Of a DNA stretch of 64,000 nucleotides, positions 30,837-41,016 are shown piece by piece (within the stretch, counting starts at the first letter, position 1; each line of letters begins with the position of its first letter). This DNA is from an uncultured Piscirickettsiaceae bacterium (GTDB lineage: Bacteria; Pseudomonadota; Gammaproteobacteria; GCF-002020875): NCBI GenBank assembly GCA_964415865.1, contig CAYQBY010000005.1, positions 723 to 64,722 of the forward strand. The letters are read 5' to 3'. The notes beneath the pieces were generated by a model that had not been told where the DNA came from, ran no database searches, and saw only the letters and a list, made by a program, of their open reading frames with translations. The position numbers were made by a program, and so were the translations under genes.

Positions 30837-30864
30837 AAAAAAACCCGGCAGAAGCCGGGTTTTA
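30837..30864 (-). terminator. Rho-independent terminator for the minus-strand membrane-protein gene
   Basis: cccggc-agaa-gccggg stem. In minus-strand orientation it is followed by T7. Confidence 0.65.
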
Positions 30865-30884
30865 TAAGCAAGTTGTGGTTTTTT

Positions 30885-31487
30885 CTAAAATGGCAGGCCG
30901 TGTCCAAACCCTGTCATACCCACCAGCATTGGAAATGAGAGTAGTGTGTTGGTGCGTGATGCCATAAGGGCAACCACCTTGGCCTTAGCGATCTCATCTG
31001 CTGTAGCCTCTTTCATTCCCAGGATCTTCTGCTGGTTTGGCCAGATAAGAACCCATACATTAAAGAGCATAATTGTTCCTAGCCATGCCCCCATGCCTAT
31101 TACCTGCCACCCCTCTGCCAGAGTGAATGCCCCAACCAGACCACCCATATGTTGAAGCGCCCCTACTCCAGTGATCCATGTTAGTACTGCAGCCCAGCGA
31201 AACCAGAAAAGGGCGCGAGGTGCTATATATTTGTTGATTGCAGCAGGACCTGGATCACCATCAGCCAACGCCTCACCAACACCAGGAACCTGGACTGCAT
31301 TGAAGTAGTAGAGCAGGCCGATCCATGCAGTACCGACAATAACGTGGAGCCAGACGTTGATCTCCAGGGCGTTGATTGCATAGACAGTAACTCCTTCGCT
31401 ATTTGGGGTCTTTAAAAGTACAACAAGCAGTAGTGCCAGGACTACGCCAGCAACAACAGTACCAATTCGCGATTTAAGTGGATTCAT
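30885..31487 (-). CDS. Hypothetical integral membrane protein, distantly HemJ/CopD-like
   Basis: 200 aa with about 5 TM helices. WLHVIVGTAWIGLLYYFN echoes the HemJ motif (HxxxxxxWxGxxFYxxR-like). No confident family assignment. Confidence 0.35.
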   Translation of the reverse strand: MNPLKSRIGTVVAGVVLALLLVVLLKTPNSEGVTVYAINALEINVWLHVIVGTAWIGLLYYFNAVQVPGVGEALADGDPGPAAINKYIAPRALFWFRWAAVLTWITGVGALQHMGGLVGAFTLAEGWQVIGMGAWLGTIMLFNVWVLIWPNQQKILGMKEATADEIAKAKVVALMASRTNTLLSFPMLVGMTGFGHGLPF

Positions 31488-31676
31488 TATTTACACCTCT
31501 CCAGTTTGTCTCAAAATAATAACATAGTAATTTTGTCGGGTATTATAGACGGTTTTTAAAAAACTGCAATAGTTTTAGGTGAATTTGTCGTGGATTGGAT
31601 GATTTGGCACTTTTTTATCCGGTAACTATCTTAATTTCTAGACATTTTTTTGGTGAAACGGTAGTTTGAAGAGACG

Positions 31677-33224
31677 ATGAATGCAATTGACCTTACAATA
31701 TTTTCCAGCCGTATTGAGGCAGTCTGTGATGAGATGGGGGCTGTGCTACGTCGTTCGGCATTCTCTCCAAATATTCGTGATCGACTGGATTACTCATGTG
31801 CAATTTTTGATCTGGATGGGGAGCTTTGTGCACAGGCAGCCCATATACCGGTCCACTTGGGTAGCATGGCATTTGCGATGAGAGATATTGTCTCCAGGAT
31901 GGAGTGGCATGATGGTGATCTGGTTATCCTGAATGACCCCTATCTTGGTGGAACCCATCTCCCGGATGTAACCATGATATCCCCGGTTGTAGTAGATGAT
32001 GAGCATCTTGGTTTTGTGGTCAATCGTGCTCACCATGCAGATATAGGAGCAGATACCCCAGGGTCCATGCCCATCTCCAGCTCTCTCAGTGAGGAGGGTA
32101 CAGTTATTCCTCCTGGCTATCTGCTGCGACAAGATAAGATTCAGCAGCCACTATATTCAGACATACTCTCCACACTTCGCAATCCAGAGCTCTCACAGGG
32201 TGATTTTGAGGCGCAGATTAGTGCCAACAGGGCCGGACTGGTCCGTCTTCAGGAGTGGATTTCTAAGCTTGGTACCGAGGAGTTTAGAGGTGGGCTATCT
32301 GAATTAAACAGTTATGCTGAACGTCTCTCATCAATAGCACTGAAAAAGATCCCGGATGGAGTTTATGGTTTTGAGGATCTGATGGAGGATGATGGGGCAG
32401 GAAATAGAGATATTCCAATCAGAGTCTCCATCAAGGTTGAGGATGGAGATATCAATGTGGATTTCTCCGGTACAGCCAGGCAGACAGATGGAAATATTAA
32501 CTGTCCGCTCTCGGTTGCTGCTGCTGGTGCCTATTATGTTTTTCGTTCTTTGATGCCACCACAGACACCAGCAGCAGCTGGTAGCTTCCGTGCCATCAAG
32601 GTCACGGCCCCAAAAGGGGCACTTTTGAATGCTGATAGGCCAGCAGCAGTTGCGGCAGGTAATGTAGAGACCAGTAGTCGAGTGGTGGATGTGATTGTTG
32701 GGGCGCTGGTGAAGGCAATACCGGAAAAGATGGCAGCGGCAAGTCAGGGGACCATGAATAATATTGCCATGGGTGGAGTGGTTAATGGAAGGCATTGGGA
32801 CTACTACGAAACTATAGGCGGTGGAATGGGAGCGGGTCTTGGTGAAGATGGTCTATCGGCTGTTCAGACCCACATGACCAACACCCTAAACACCCCGATT
32901 GAGGTGTTGGAGATGAGTACACCACTGCAACTAAAAGAGTATGCACTACGTCGTGGTAGTGGTGGTGAGGGGGAGTATGCCGGAGGAGATGGAATTGTCC
33001 GTACCTTTAAATTTCTTGCAGAGACAACAGTCACTCTGTTAACAGAACGAAGATCAATAGCTCCATGGGGAATATGGGGAGGCGGCGAGGGTATGGCAGG
33101 CAGAAATTTACTCGACGGTGCGCTACTACCGGCTAAATGCTCATTGGTAGTACAACCAGGAGAGATACTATCTATTGAAACTCCAGGTGGAGGTGGGGCA
33201 GGTTATGTTTCATCAATGCCCTGA
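31677..33224 (+). CDS. Hydantoinase B/oxoprolinase-family protein (HyuB-like), lacking an adjacent HyuA partner
   Basis: 515 aa. N-terminal region AVCDEMGAVLRRSAFSPNIRDRLDYSCAIFD...NDPYLGGTHLPD is typical of hydantoinase B / acetone carboxylase alpha. Confidence 0.75.
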   Translation: MNAIDLTIFSSRIEAVCDEMGAVLRRSAFSPNIRDRLDYSCAIFDLDGELCAQAAHIPVHLGSMAFAMRDIVSRMEWHDGDLVILNDPYLGGTHLPDVTMISPVVVDDEHLGFVVNRAHHADIGADTPGSMPISSSLSEEGTVIPPGYLLRQDKIQQPLYSDILSTLRNPELSQGDFEAQISANRAGLVRLQEWISKLGTEEFRGGLSELNSYAERLSSIALKKIPDGVYGFEDLMEDDGAGNRDIPIRVSIKVEDGDINVDFSGTARQTDGNINCPLSVAAAGAYYVFRSLMPPQTPAAAGSFRAIKVTAPKGALLNADRPAAVAAGNVETSSRVVDVIVGALVKAIPEKMAAASQGTMNNIAMGGVVNGRHWDYYETIGGGMGAGLGEDGLSAVQTHMTNTLNTPIEVLEMSTPLQLKEYALRRGSGGEGEYAGGDGIVRTFKFLAETTVTLLTERRSIAPWGIWGGGEGMAGRNLLDGALLPAKCSLVVQPGEILSIETPGGGGAGYVSSMP

Positions 33225-33244
33225 CCAATGGTTTTAACTGACGT

Positions 33245-35020
33245 ATGTGTGGAATATGTGGTGAATTAAAACTTGATGGCTCCAGGCCTGATCGATCAGT
33301 TATGGAGCGCATGTTGCGCTCCCTGCGTCCGCGTGGGCCTGATGATGAAGGTGTATGGCATCGGGGGCCACTGCAATTTGGGCATCGGCGTCTCTCCATT
33401 CTTGATCTGTCACAGAGGGCCCATCAACCAATGGTTGATGAGGTTAATGGTCTCTCAATAGTATTTAACGGCACAATTTACAACTATCTTGAGTTGCGTG
33501 AGGAGTTGGTTGGGCGGGGATATGAGTTCCACTCCAGTGGAGATACCGAGGTTATCCTGAAGGCATTTCATGCCTGGGGGCGAGACTGTGCAAAAAGGTT
33601 TACCGGAATGTTTGCCTTTGCCATCTGGGACTCTCATAAAGAGAGGCTGCACCTGGTTCGTGATCGGGTTGGAATCAAGCCACTCTACTGGGCACAAGAT
33701 GGGAGTCGCCTGCTTTTTGCTTCAACCTTACCGGCACTGTTGGCAGCAGGTGGTATTGATACTGAATTTGATGCAGTGGCACTGCATCATCACTTTACTC
33801 TCCATGCTGTTGTGCCGGCACCCAGAACCCTGTTTCGTAACATTCATAAACTGGAGCCGGCTCACTGGGCGGAGTGTTCTCTTGCGGGAGAGATGGTGAA
33901 GTATTGTTACTGGGAGCTTAATGCCGTAAGACCTGCACACTCCAAAAGTGAGTGGGAGTGGGCAGAGGAGGTGCGTGACTCCCTGATGTTGGCAGTGGAG
34001 AGGCGGCGTGCCGCCTCAGATGTGCCCGTTGGGGTGTTGCTGTCAGGTGGTCTGGATTCCAGTCTTCTGGTGGGGATGTTGGCAGAGTCAGAACATCAGG
34101 ATATAAGAACATTTTCCATAGGCTTTGAGGACTCCCTGGAAGAGAGTGGAAGTGAGTTTGAGTATTCGGATGCAGTAGTAGAGAGATTCGCCACTAGACA
34201 TAAGAAAATCGTTATCTCCAATAGTGAGGTTCTGCCTCGTCTGGTTGATGCTGTGGATGCAATGTCAGAGCCAATGTTTGGGCAGGATGCAATCGGTTTC
34301 TACCTGTTGGCTGAGCAGGTATCGAAAGAGGTTAGTGTTGTATTGAGTGGTCAGGGGGCTGACGAGGTTTTTGGAGGGTATTTCTGGTATCCAGCAATGG
34401 AGAGCTTCTCGGGAAATGCCGTAGACCGTTTTCGTCACCACTATTTTGATCGAGATCATGATGAGATGATGGAGCTGCTCTCTCCAGAATTTCATGGAGA
34501 GGATTACAGTGCGGGCCTCATGGCATCATTGCTGGAGGCTCCTGGAGCAGATACCTTTATGGACCAGGTGTTGCGAGCCGATAGTACTACACTGGTAGTT
34601 GATGATCCGGTTAAACGGGTGGACAACATGACAATGGCATGGGGGCTGGAGGCACGAGTCCCATTTTTAGACCATCATCTGCTGGAGTTGGCGGCCCAGA
34701 TTCCTCCCGAGCTGAAGCTGAAACATCATGGAAAGGGGCCGTTAAAACTTATATCAAGAGGGATGTTGCCGGATTCTGTAATCGATCGTCCCAAGGGTTA
34801 TTTTCCCATGCCCGCATTGAAGTATGTGCGGGGTGAGTTTCTGGAGTTTATGCAGGATATTTTACTGTCACAGGCATGTCGTGAACGTGGTCTGTATCGG
34901 CAGCAATATGTTGATGATTTGCTTCATGATCCTGTTGGGGATAATAGTTTTACCAGGATTAGGGGAAGTAAGTTGTGGCAGTTAGCTTTGACTGAGCAGT
35001 GGCTGCAGAGACATCTGTGA
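33245..35020 (+). CDS. Asparagine synthetase-family glutamine amidotransferase (AsnB/AsnO-like)
   Basis: MCGICG Ntn-glutaminase start, and the PP-loop SGGLDSS in the synthetase domain. 591 aa. Confidence 0.75.
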   Translation: MCGICGELKLDGSRPDRSVMERMLRSLRPRGPDDEGVWHRGPLQFGHRRLSILDLSQRAHQPMVDEVNGLSIVFNGTIYNYLELREELVGRGYEFHSSGDTEVILKAFHAWGRDCAKRFTGMFAFAIWDSHKERLHLVRDRVGIKPLYWAQDGSRLLFASTLPALLAAGGIDTEFDAVALHHHFTLHAVVPAPRTLFRNIHKLEPAHWAECSLAGEMVKYCYWELNAVRPAHSKSEWEWAEEVRDSLMLAVERRRAASDVPVGVLLSGGLDSSLLVGMLAESEHQDIRTFSIGFEDSLEESGSEFEYSDAVVERFATRHKKIVISNSEVLPRLVDAVDAMSEPMFGQDAIGFYLLAEQVSKEVSVVLSGQGADEVFGGYFWYPAMESFSGNAVDRFRHHYFDRDHDEMMELLSPEFHGEDYSAGLMASLLEAPGADTFMDQVLRADSTTLVVDDPVKRVDNMTMAWGLEARVPFLDHHLLELAAQIPPELKLKHHGKGPLKLISRGMLPDSVIDRPKGYFPMPALKYVRGEFLEFMQDILLSQACRERGLYRQQYVDDLLHDPVGDNSFTRIRGSKLWQLALTEQWLQRHL

Positions 35021-35136
35021 GGGGCTGAAAAAGGGTTCAATCACCTGTTTGATTTGTGGTAATATCCTCACCCACAAAATTTTGGGTTTGGTGTGGATTC
35101 TGTTTGGATCCACCTTTTTATTTTCGGAGAAACTGT

Positions 35137-35730
35137 ATGAGTACAGAGACTGTAGATCTGGGTAAGCGCCGCTTTCTGACGGCTGCGACCTCTGCAGTGA
35201 GCGCAGTAGGGGCCGGCTTTGTGGCTGTTCCTTTCGTAAAGTCCATGAATCCTAGTGCAAGAGCACAGGCGGCGGGCGCTCCTGTTGAGGCAAATATTAG
35301 CAAGTTGGAGCCGGGTCAGATGATGACCGTCGAATGGCGAGGCAAGCCTGTGTGGATTGTTCGTCGCACCCAGGAGACTCTGGATACACTGAAAACACTG
35401 GAGAATACTCTGCGTGATCCTGCATCAGATGAGTCTGAGCAGCCTGAATATTGTAAAAATGACTCTCGTGCAATCAAGCCTGAATACCTGATAACAGTTG
35501 GAATCTGTACCCATCTTGGGTGTTCTCCAACTTTCCGTCCAGAGATGGCACCAGCTGATCTGGGCCCAGACTGGAAGGGAGGTTTCTTCTGTCCATGTCA
35601 TGGCTCCCGTTTTGATCTGGCTGGACGGGTATATGCAGGGGTGCCAGCACCAACAAATCTGGTTATCCCTCCTCATAAATATATCAGTGATTCTCGTATC
35701 CTGGTTGGTGTTGATCAAGGAGTAGCATAA
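35137..35730 (+). CDS. petA: Ubiquinol-cytochrome c reductase Rieske iron-sulfur subunit
   Basis: Tat-like RRFLTAA, and the Rieske boxes CTHLGC and CPCHGS. Start at the ATG at 35137 behind a ggaga RBS. Confidence 0.85.
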   Translation: MSTETVDLGKRRFLTAATSAVSAVGAGFVAVPFVKSMNPSARAQAAGAPVEANISKLEPGQMMTVEWRGKPVWIVRRTQETLDTLKTLENTLRDPASDESEQPEYCKNDSRAIKPEYLITVGICTHLGCSPTFRPEMAPADLGPDWKGGFFCPCHGSRFDLAGRVYAGVPAPTNLVIPPHKYISDSRILVGVDQGVA

Positions 35731-36977
35731 TGGGACTGAGAAACACAGAAGCAACCGGCGTACTAGGCTGGTTTGATCAACGCTTTCCACTGTTAAAAGT
35801 TTGGAATGAGCATCTGGCACAATACTATGCGCCAAAGAACTTTAACTTCTGGTACTTCTTTGGGTCACTGGCGATGTTGGTGCTGGTGCTGCAGATTGTG
35901 ACTGGAATCTTCCTTACCATGAACTACAAGCCTGATGCAGAGCTGGCCTTTGCCTCGGTTGAATACATAATGCGTGATGTAGAGTGGGGCTGGTTGATGC
36001 GTTACATGCACTCTACCGGCGCCTCAATGTTCTTTGTGGTGATCTACATGCACATGTTCCGTGGACTGATGTATGGCTCATACCGCAAACCACGTGAGCT
36101 GATTTGGGTCTTTGGTATGGTGATCTATGTTGCCTTGATGGCAGAGGCCTTTATGGGGTATTTGTTGCCATGGGGGCAGATGTCCTACTGGGGTGCGCAG
36201 GTGATCATCTCCCTGTTTGGTGCAATTCCATACGTGGGTGAGGAGATTGCTCTGTGGATTCGTGGTGACTTCGTTATTGCTGACGCCACTCTCAACCGTT
36301 TCTTTGCATTCCATGTTATAGCAGTACCATTAGTATTGGTGATGCTGGTATTCCTCCACATTGTTGCCCTGCATGCAGTTGGGTCTAACAACCCTGAGGG
36401 TATCGAGATTAAGGATGGTCCAAAGGGTAACCGCTGGAGTGATACGGCACCTAAAGACGGAATTCCGTTCCATCCATATTACTCAGTCAAGGATATTGTC
36501 GGGGTGGTGGTCTTCCTCATGATCTTCTCTGCAATCATGTTCTTTGTCCCGGAGATGGGCGGATGGTTCCTGGAGAAGGATAATTTTGTCCCTGCAGATC
36601 CATTGAAGACCCCTGAACATATTGTGCCTCTCTGGTATTTCACCGCGTTCTATGCAATTTTGCGTGCAGTACCGGACAAGTTTCTGGGGGTAATGGCAAT
36701 GTTTGGTGCAATTATTGTGCTCTTCCTGTTGCCATGGCTTGATCGTAGCCCGGTGAAGTCCATCAGATATAAGGGGATGATTTCCAAGATCACTCTGGCG
36801 ATCTTTGTGGTCACATTTGTTGTTCTATCCTGGTTAGGCACTCAGCCAGCGACACCAACAGCAACCATGTTTGCACGGATATTCTCGGTGCTCTATTTTT
36901 CTTTCTTCCTGTTGATGCCATTCTATTCCAAGATGGATAAGACGAAGCCAGTACCTGAGCGTCTGCCAGAGCATTAA
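35730..36977 (+). CDS. petB: Cytochrome b of the bc1 complex
   Basis: 415 aa. Heme-ligand histidines in the conserved context (e.g. ASMFFVVIYMHMFRGLMYGSY). Confidence 0.9.
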   Translation: MGLRNTEATGVLGWFDQRFPLLKVWNEHLAQYYAPKNFNFWYFFGSLAMLVLVLQIVTGIFLTMNYKPDAELAFASVEYIMRDVEWGWLMRYMHSTGASMFFVVIYMHMFRGLMYGSYRKPRELIWVFGMVIYVALMAEAFMGYLLPWGQMSYWGAQVIISLFGAIPYVGEEIALWIRGDFVIADATLNRFFAFHVIAVPLVLVMLVFLHIVALHAVGSNNPEGIEIKDGPKGNRWSDTAPKDGIPFHPYYSVKDIVGVVVFLMIFSAIMFFVPEMGGWFLEKDNFVPADPLKTPEHIVPLWYFTAFYAILRAVPDKFLGVMAMFGAIIVLFLLPWLDRSPVKSIRYKGMISKITLAIFVVTFVVLSWLGTQPATPTATMFARIFSVLYFSFFLLMPFYSKMDKTKPVPERLPEH

Positions 36978-36989
36978 GGAGAATAATCG

Positions 36990-37736
36990 ATGAAAAAGAT
37001 GATGAAAAAAATCAATATACTGTTGCTTGTAATCCTTCCAACATTTGCCTTTGCATCTGGCGGTGGTGCGCATCTGGATCATGCACCTGTGGACGTTACG
37101 GATCATGAGTCGCTGAAGAGAGGCGCCAAACTGTTCATGAATTACTGTCTGAGCTGTCACTCTGCAAAGTTCATGCGTTACAAGAGAATGGCCGATGATC
37201 TTGGTATGGAGGATAGTGAAGTATTGGAGAATCTGGTTTATACCGGTGCCAAGATTCATGACACCATGGATATTGCCATGTCAGATGCTGATGCGGCGGC
37301 CTGGTTTGGTACAACTCCACCAGATCTTAGTGTGATTTCACGCTCTCGTGGAGCTGACTGGCTGTACACCTATCTGCGAGGCTTTTATGTTGATAAGTCT
37401 CGTCCTATGGGAGTAAACAATATCGTTTTCAAGGATGTTGGTATGCCTCATGTACTGGAAGGGTTGCAGGGCAAGCAGTATCTACAGGAAGAGAAGGTAA
37501 ATATGGCCTATGGTGGTGAAAAAGTGACCGAGAAGCTGGTTGCTGATGGCTCCGGAAGCATGACTCCAGAAGAGTATGACAAGGCAGTTGGTGATCTGGT
37601 TAACTTCCTGGTATATGTTGGAGAGCCTGCCAAGGCGTATCGTGAGACACTGGGCTGGTATGTGCTTGCCTTCCTGCTGATTCTGCTGGTGCTATCCTAC
37701 CGCTTGAAGAAGGAGTACTGGAAAGACGTACACTGA
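36990..37736 (+). CDS. petC: Cytochrome c1
   Basis: Signal peptide, CLSCHS heme-binding site, and a C-terminal membrane anchor. Confidence 0.85.
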   Translation: MKKMMKKINILLLVILPTFAFASGGGAHLDHAPVDVTDHESLKRGAKLFMNYCLSCHSAKFMRYKRMADDLGMEDSEVLENLVYTGAKIHDTMDIAMSDADAAAWFGTTPPDLSVISRSRGADWLYTYLRGFYVDKSRPMGVNNIVFKDVGMPHVLEGLQGKQYLQEEKVNMAYGGEKVTEKLVADGSGSMTPEEYDKAVGDLVNFLVYVGEPAKAYRETLGWYVLAFLLILLVLSYRLKKEYWKDVH

Positions 37737-37759
37737 TCCACTTTCAAAGTGGGTTAATG

Positions 37760-37804
37760 AAACCCCGGACTCGGCATTGTATGTTGAGTCCGGGGTTTTG
37801 TATT
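37760..37804 (+). terminator. Rho-independent terminator after petABC
   Basis: ccccggactc-(14-nt loop)-agtccgggg followed by ttttgtatt. Confidence 0.65.
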
Positions 37805-37888
37805 GATACAAGGGCAGTCTCTGGCTGCTGAACTGCTGCAAATATCACCTGGTATTTGTAGAGACATAGGGAAGAACAAGGAAAAGTT

Positions 37889-38512
37889 ATGACAATTGCA
37901 AGCAGACACTCCGTAATGGTGCTTTTCTCAGGACCATTAGACGCCATGAGCCATCGAGTCAGGATTGTGATGGCTGAAAAAGGGATTACTCATGAGGTGG
38001 AGAGTGTCGATCTCTCTGACCCTCAGGAGGACTTTATTGAATTGAGTCCATATCAGATTCTGCCAACTATTGCAGACAGGGATCTGACACTTTTTGGGTC
38101 AAGAGTCATTATGGAATATCTGGATGAGCGCTTTCCTCATCCTCCATTGATGCCGGTTGATCCTGTGGCCAGGGCAAATGATCGTTTGATGATTGACAGA
38201 ATTGACCGTGATTGGTCGGTGCGAATGGAGAATATTGAGTTTGGTAGTGACAAGGTTGCAAGGCAGGCAAGAAAAGAGCTTACAGAGAGTCTGACGATGC
38301 TTGCACCACTGTTCCAGCAGCATGAATATTTTATGAGCGATGAGTTCTCGTTGGTAGATTGTAGTCTTGCCCCTATTCTGTGGCGCCTGAAATCAATGAA
38401 GATTACTCTGCCAACCTCGGCCAGTTCGGTCATGGAGTATGCGGAGCGAATGTTTGATCGTGATTCGTTTCTGGATAGTCTGACCGAGGAGGAGCGTGAG
38501 CTGGATGAGTGA
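37889..38512 (+). CDS. sspA: Stringent starvation protein A (GST-like RNAP-associated protein)
   Basis: RHSVMVLFSGPLDAMSHRVRIV...YLDERFPHPPLMPV is near-colinear with E. coli SspA. Confidence 0.85.
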   Translation: MTIASRHSVMVLFSGPLDAMSHRVRIVMAEKGITHEVESVDLSDPQEDFIELSPYQILPTIADRDLTLFGSRVIMEYLDERFPHPPLMPVDPVARANDRLMIDRIDRDWSVRMENIEFGSDKVARQARKELTESLTMLAPLFQQHEYFMSDEFSLVDCSLAPILWRLKSMKITLPTSASSVMEYAERMFDRDSFLDSLTEEERELDE

Positions 38513-38957
38513 TGATTCACTATCTGGCGAGGAGATGAGTTCCAGTCGCCCATACATGATCCGTGCGATACATGAGTGGATTAGTGACAACGGGATGACG
38601 CCATATATTGTTGTCGATGCAACAGATTCCATGGCTACGGTTCCGCTGGCCCATGTTGATGATGGCAAGATTGTTCTGAATAGTAGTTACAGTGCAGTCT
38701 CAGGATTGTCGATAGAGAATGACTGGGTCAGTTTTAGTGCCAGATTTTCTGGAGCATCAGAGCAGATTTCATTTCCCCCGAGCGCAGTTCGCGCAATTTA
38801 TGCACAAGAAAATGGTCAGGGGATGATTTTTCCAGAGCTCGACGGTGTTCAGCCAAATAGTGAAGATTCTGCTGTTATTGCAGCAGATTCACAAGATATG
38901 GAGCCATCCGATGAGTCCCCAAAAAAGGGTGCGCCAACGCTCAGGATTGTGAAGTAG
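38505..38957 (+). CDS. sspB: ClpXP adaptor SspB
   Basis: RPYMIRAIHEWISDNGMTPYIVVD matches the SspB N-terminus (RPYLLRAFYEWLLDNQLTPHLVVD). The ATG at 38505 overlaps the sspA stop. The ORF-track GTG at 38496 is less likely. Confidence 0.8.
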   Translation: MSDDSLSGEEMSSSRPYMIRAIHEWISDNGMTPYIVVDATDSMATVPLAHVDDGKIVLNSSYSAVSGLSIENDWVSFSARFSGASEQISFPPSAVRAIYAQENGQGMIFPELDGVQPNSEDSAVIAADSQDMEPSDESPKKGAPTLRIVK

Positions 38958-38969
38958 CGGTATTTGAGA

Positions 38970-40343
38970 TTACTGAGGACCCTTGTCTGGATTCAATATC
39001 TCATCAGGGTCGAATAATAACTTTATATCTCTCATAACTCTTAGCTCGGTCTTAGGGATCTCGTGAGAGACAAATTTCTGCTTAACCAGCCCAACTCCAT
39101 GTTCTCCTGATATTGACCCCTTCAGGTCAAGAACAGTCTGGAACAGTTCATCAAGGCAGGTCTCGGCACGTTCCATCTCAGCAGGATCATCAGGGTTTAT
39201 CAGCAGGTTTGTGTGCAGGTTCCCATTGCCGGCATGACCAAAATTGGCAATTATTATCTGGTGGTTGGTGGATAGCTTCTCAATGGATGCAATGAGTTCT
39301 GGTATCCTGGAGACCGGTACCACAATATCCTCATTGATTTTTTTTGGAGCAATCTCCCTGAGCCGTGGAGACAGTATTTTTCGTGCTCGCCATAGCTGTT
39401 TAGCCTCTGCGTCATTGGCGGCAATATAAAAATCCACCATACCACTGTTGGCAGCGGCCACTCTGATGGCCTCTGCAGACTCCATAACACTCTGTACAGA
39501 GCCGTCTGTCTCTATCATCAGCATGGCCTCTGCATCGGCAGGAAAGTTGCTGCCAAGCTGTGCTCTAATCAGATCAAGACTTTTACCATCCATAAATTCC
39601 AGCGCACTTGGGGTAGTGGGTTGAGCCATGATTGCTGCAACGGCATCAGCAGCACTTTGCATATCCCGATATAGTGCACGCATCATCCTGCTCTGTTGCT
39701 GTTGTGGTAACAGTTTAAGAGTGGCTTCAGTAATGATTGCCAGTGTACCCTCAGAGCCGGTTATTAGTCTGGTAAGGTCATACCCCACAGCCCACTTTGT
39801 GGTTTCTGTTCCTGTTTTTAGCTCTTCTCCACATCCGCTCACTGCTCTTAGTCCCAGTATATTTTCCCGAACGGTTCCATACTTGACTGCACGAGGGCCA
39901 GCAGAGCCACAAGCTATGTTTCCCCCGACACTACAGAATGGACTGCTGCTGGGGTCTGGTGCCCAGAAAAATCCATAACGGGCAGCTTCTTGTTGTACCT
40001 CCTGGTTTGTTACTCCTGGCTGTACAACCATCAGTCTGTTGGCTGGATCGACTCGTATGATATCTCTCATTCTCTCTGTAGAGAGCACGATTCCATGCTT
40101 TGTTGGGACTGCCGCACCCGATGTTCCACTTCCCCTGCCACGGGCAGTAATGGGTATTTTATGCTCTCTGCAGAGATGGACGATTTCTACAATCTGTTTA
40201 TGGTTGGTGGGCAGAAGAACAGCCTCAGGCGACGTTGAGAGTCGGCTATTATCGTAGCTGTAACTCAGCAGGTCAGATGGATCGTCCAGCAGCCCATCAT
40301 CACCAACAATGGAGACGAGTCTGGAGAGAATAGATTCATTCAC
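38970..40343 (-). CDS. FAD-linked oxidase (GlcD / D-lactate dehydrogenase family)
   Basis: FAD-binding PCMH domain (RGRGSGTSGAA...) plus the C-terminal FAD-oxidase domain. 457 aa. Confidence 0.75.
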   Translation of the reverse strand: MNESILSRLVSIVGDDGLLDDPSDLLSYSYDNSRLSTSPEAVLLPTNHKQIVEIVHLCREHKIPITARGRGSGTSGAAVPTKHGIVLSTERMRDIIRVDPANRLMVVQPGVTNQEVQQEAARYGFFWAPDPSSSPFCSVGGNIACGSAGPRAVKYGTVRENILGLRAVSGCGEELKTGTETTKWAVGYDLTRLITGSEGTLAIITEATLKLLPQQQQSRMMRALYRDMQSAADAVAAIMAQPTTPSALEFMDGKSLDLIRAQLGSNFPADAEAMLMIETDGSVQSVMESAEAIRVAAANSGMVDFYIAANDAEAKQLWRARKILSPRLREIAPKKINEDIVVPVSRIPELIASIEKLSTNHQIIIANFGHAGNGNLHTNLLINPDDPAEMERAETCLDELFQTVLDLKGSISGEHGVGLVKQKFVSHEIPKTELRVMRDIKLLFDPDEILNPDKGPQ

Positions 40344-40383
40344 TCGAAATTTTAGTCAGGATTAGTCTGGATGGTGCTCTAAA

Positions 40384-40971
40384 TCAGTCTGTATATTCGA
40401 AAAGTTTGACTATCTTCTGAACACCACTGATCCCCTGGGTAATGGTGACGGCAGTTGCCCCCTCCTTGCGGGCCACAAGCCCCATCAAATAAGTGGCACC
40501 ATTCTCTGTAACAACCTTTATTTTGCTCGCAGGAAAGTTCTCTTCACCAAGCATGGACGCTTTGATGCGAGCAGTCAGTGTGGTATCACTGGCCCTGGTG
40601 AGGAAGGAGCTAGGCGCAGCCACTGTAACCATGTTGTGAATTCTCCGCACCTTTGGCATGGATTTTACTGTTCTCTCGACATCTCTATGCAGTTTTTCGG
40701 TTGGGGCTTCACCAGTAATCAAGACGATGCCGTTGTAGCTGGTGATGTTGATATGGGTTTTGTCTGCAAGCTCAGGATCCTCGTTGATCACATAACCAGC
40801 AGCATGCTCAATGCTCCAGTTATCATCAATGATTGCCCCTATTGATCTTTGGTCTGCAGAGGTTACTGCTGCACCACCACCTGTAGTAGCCAGGGTTGCT
40901 GTAGTGGAGCATCCTTGCAGATTAAGGAAGATAAAGAGAAAGAGGGCGATGGAGAGTATTTTTTGTAACAT
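40384..40971 (-). CDS. dolP: Dual BON-domain outer-membrane lipoprotein DolP (YraP)
   Basis: Lipobox LQGC after a signal peptide, and two BON domains. Conserved neighbourhood with yraN/rsmI. Start placed at the internal ATG that gives the signal peptide. Confidence 0.6.
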   Translation of the reverse strand: MLQKILSIALFLFIFLNLQGCSTTATLATTGGGAAVTSADQRSIGAIIDDNWSIEHAAGYVINEDPELADKTHINITSYNGIVLITGEAPTEKLHRDVERTVKSMPKVRRIHNMVTVAAPSSFLTRASDTTLTARIKASMLGEENFPASKIKVVTENGATYLMGLVARKEGATAVTITQGISGVQKIVKLFEYTD

Positions 40972-41016
40972 GATCTTTCCTGATGTTTTCGTTGCCATAA
41001 CATGCTGGAGTATATA

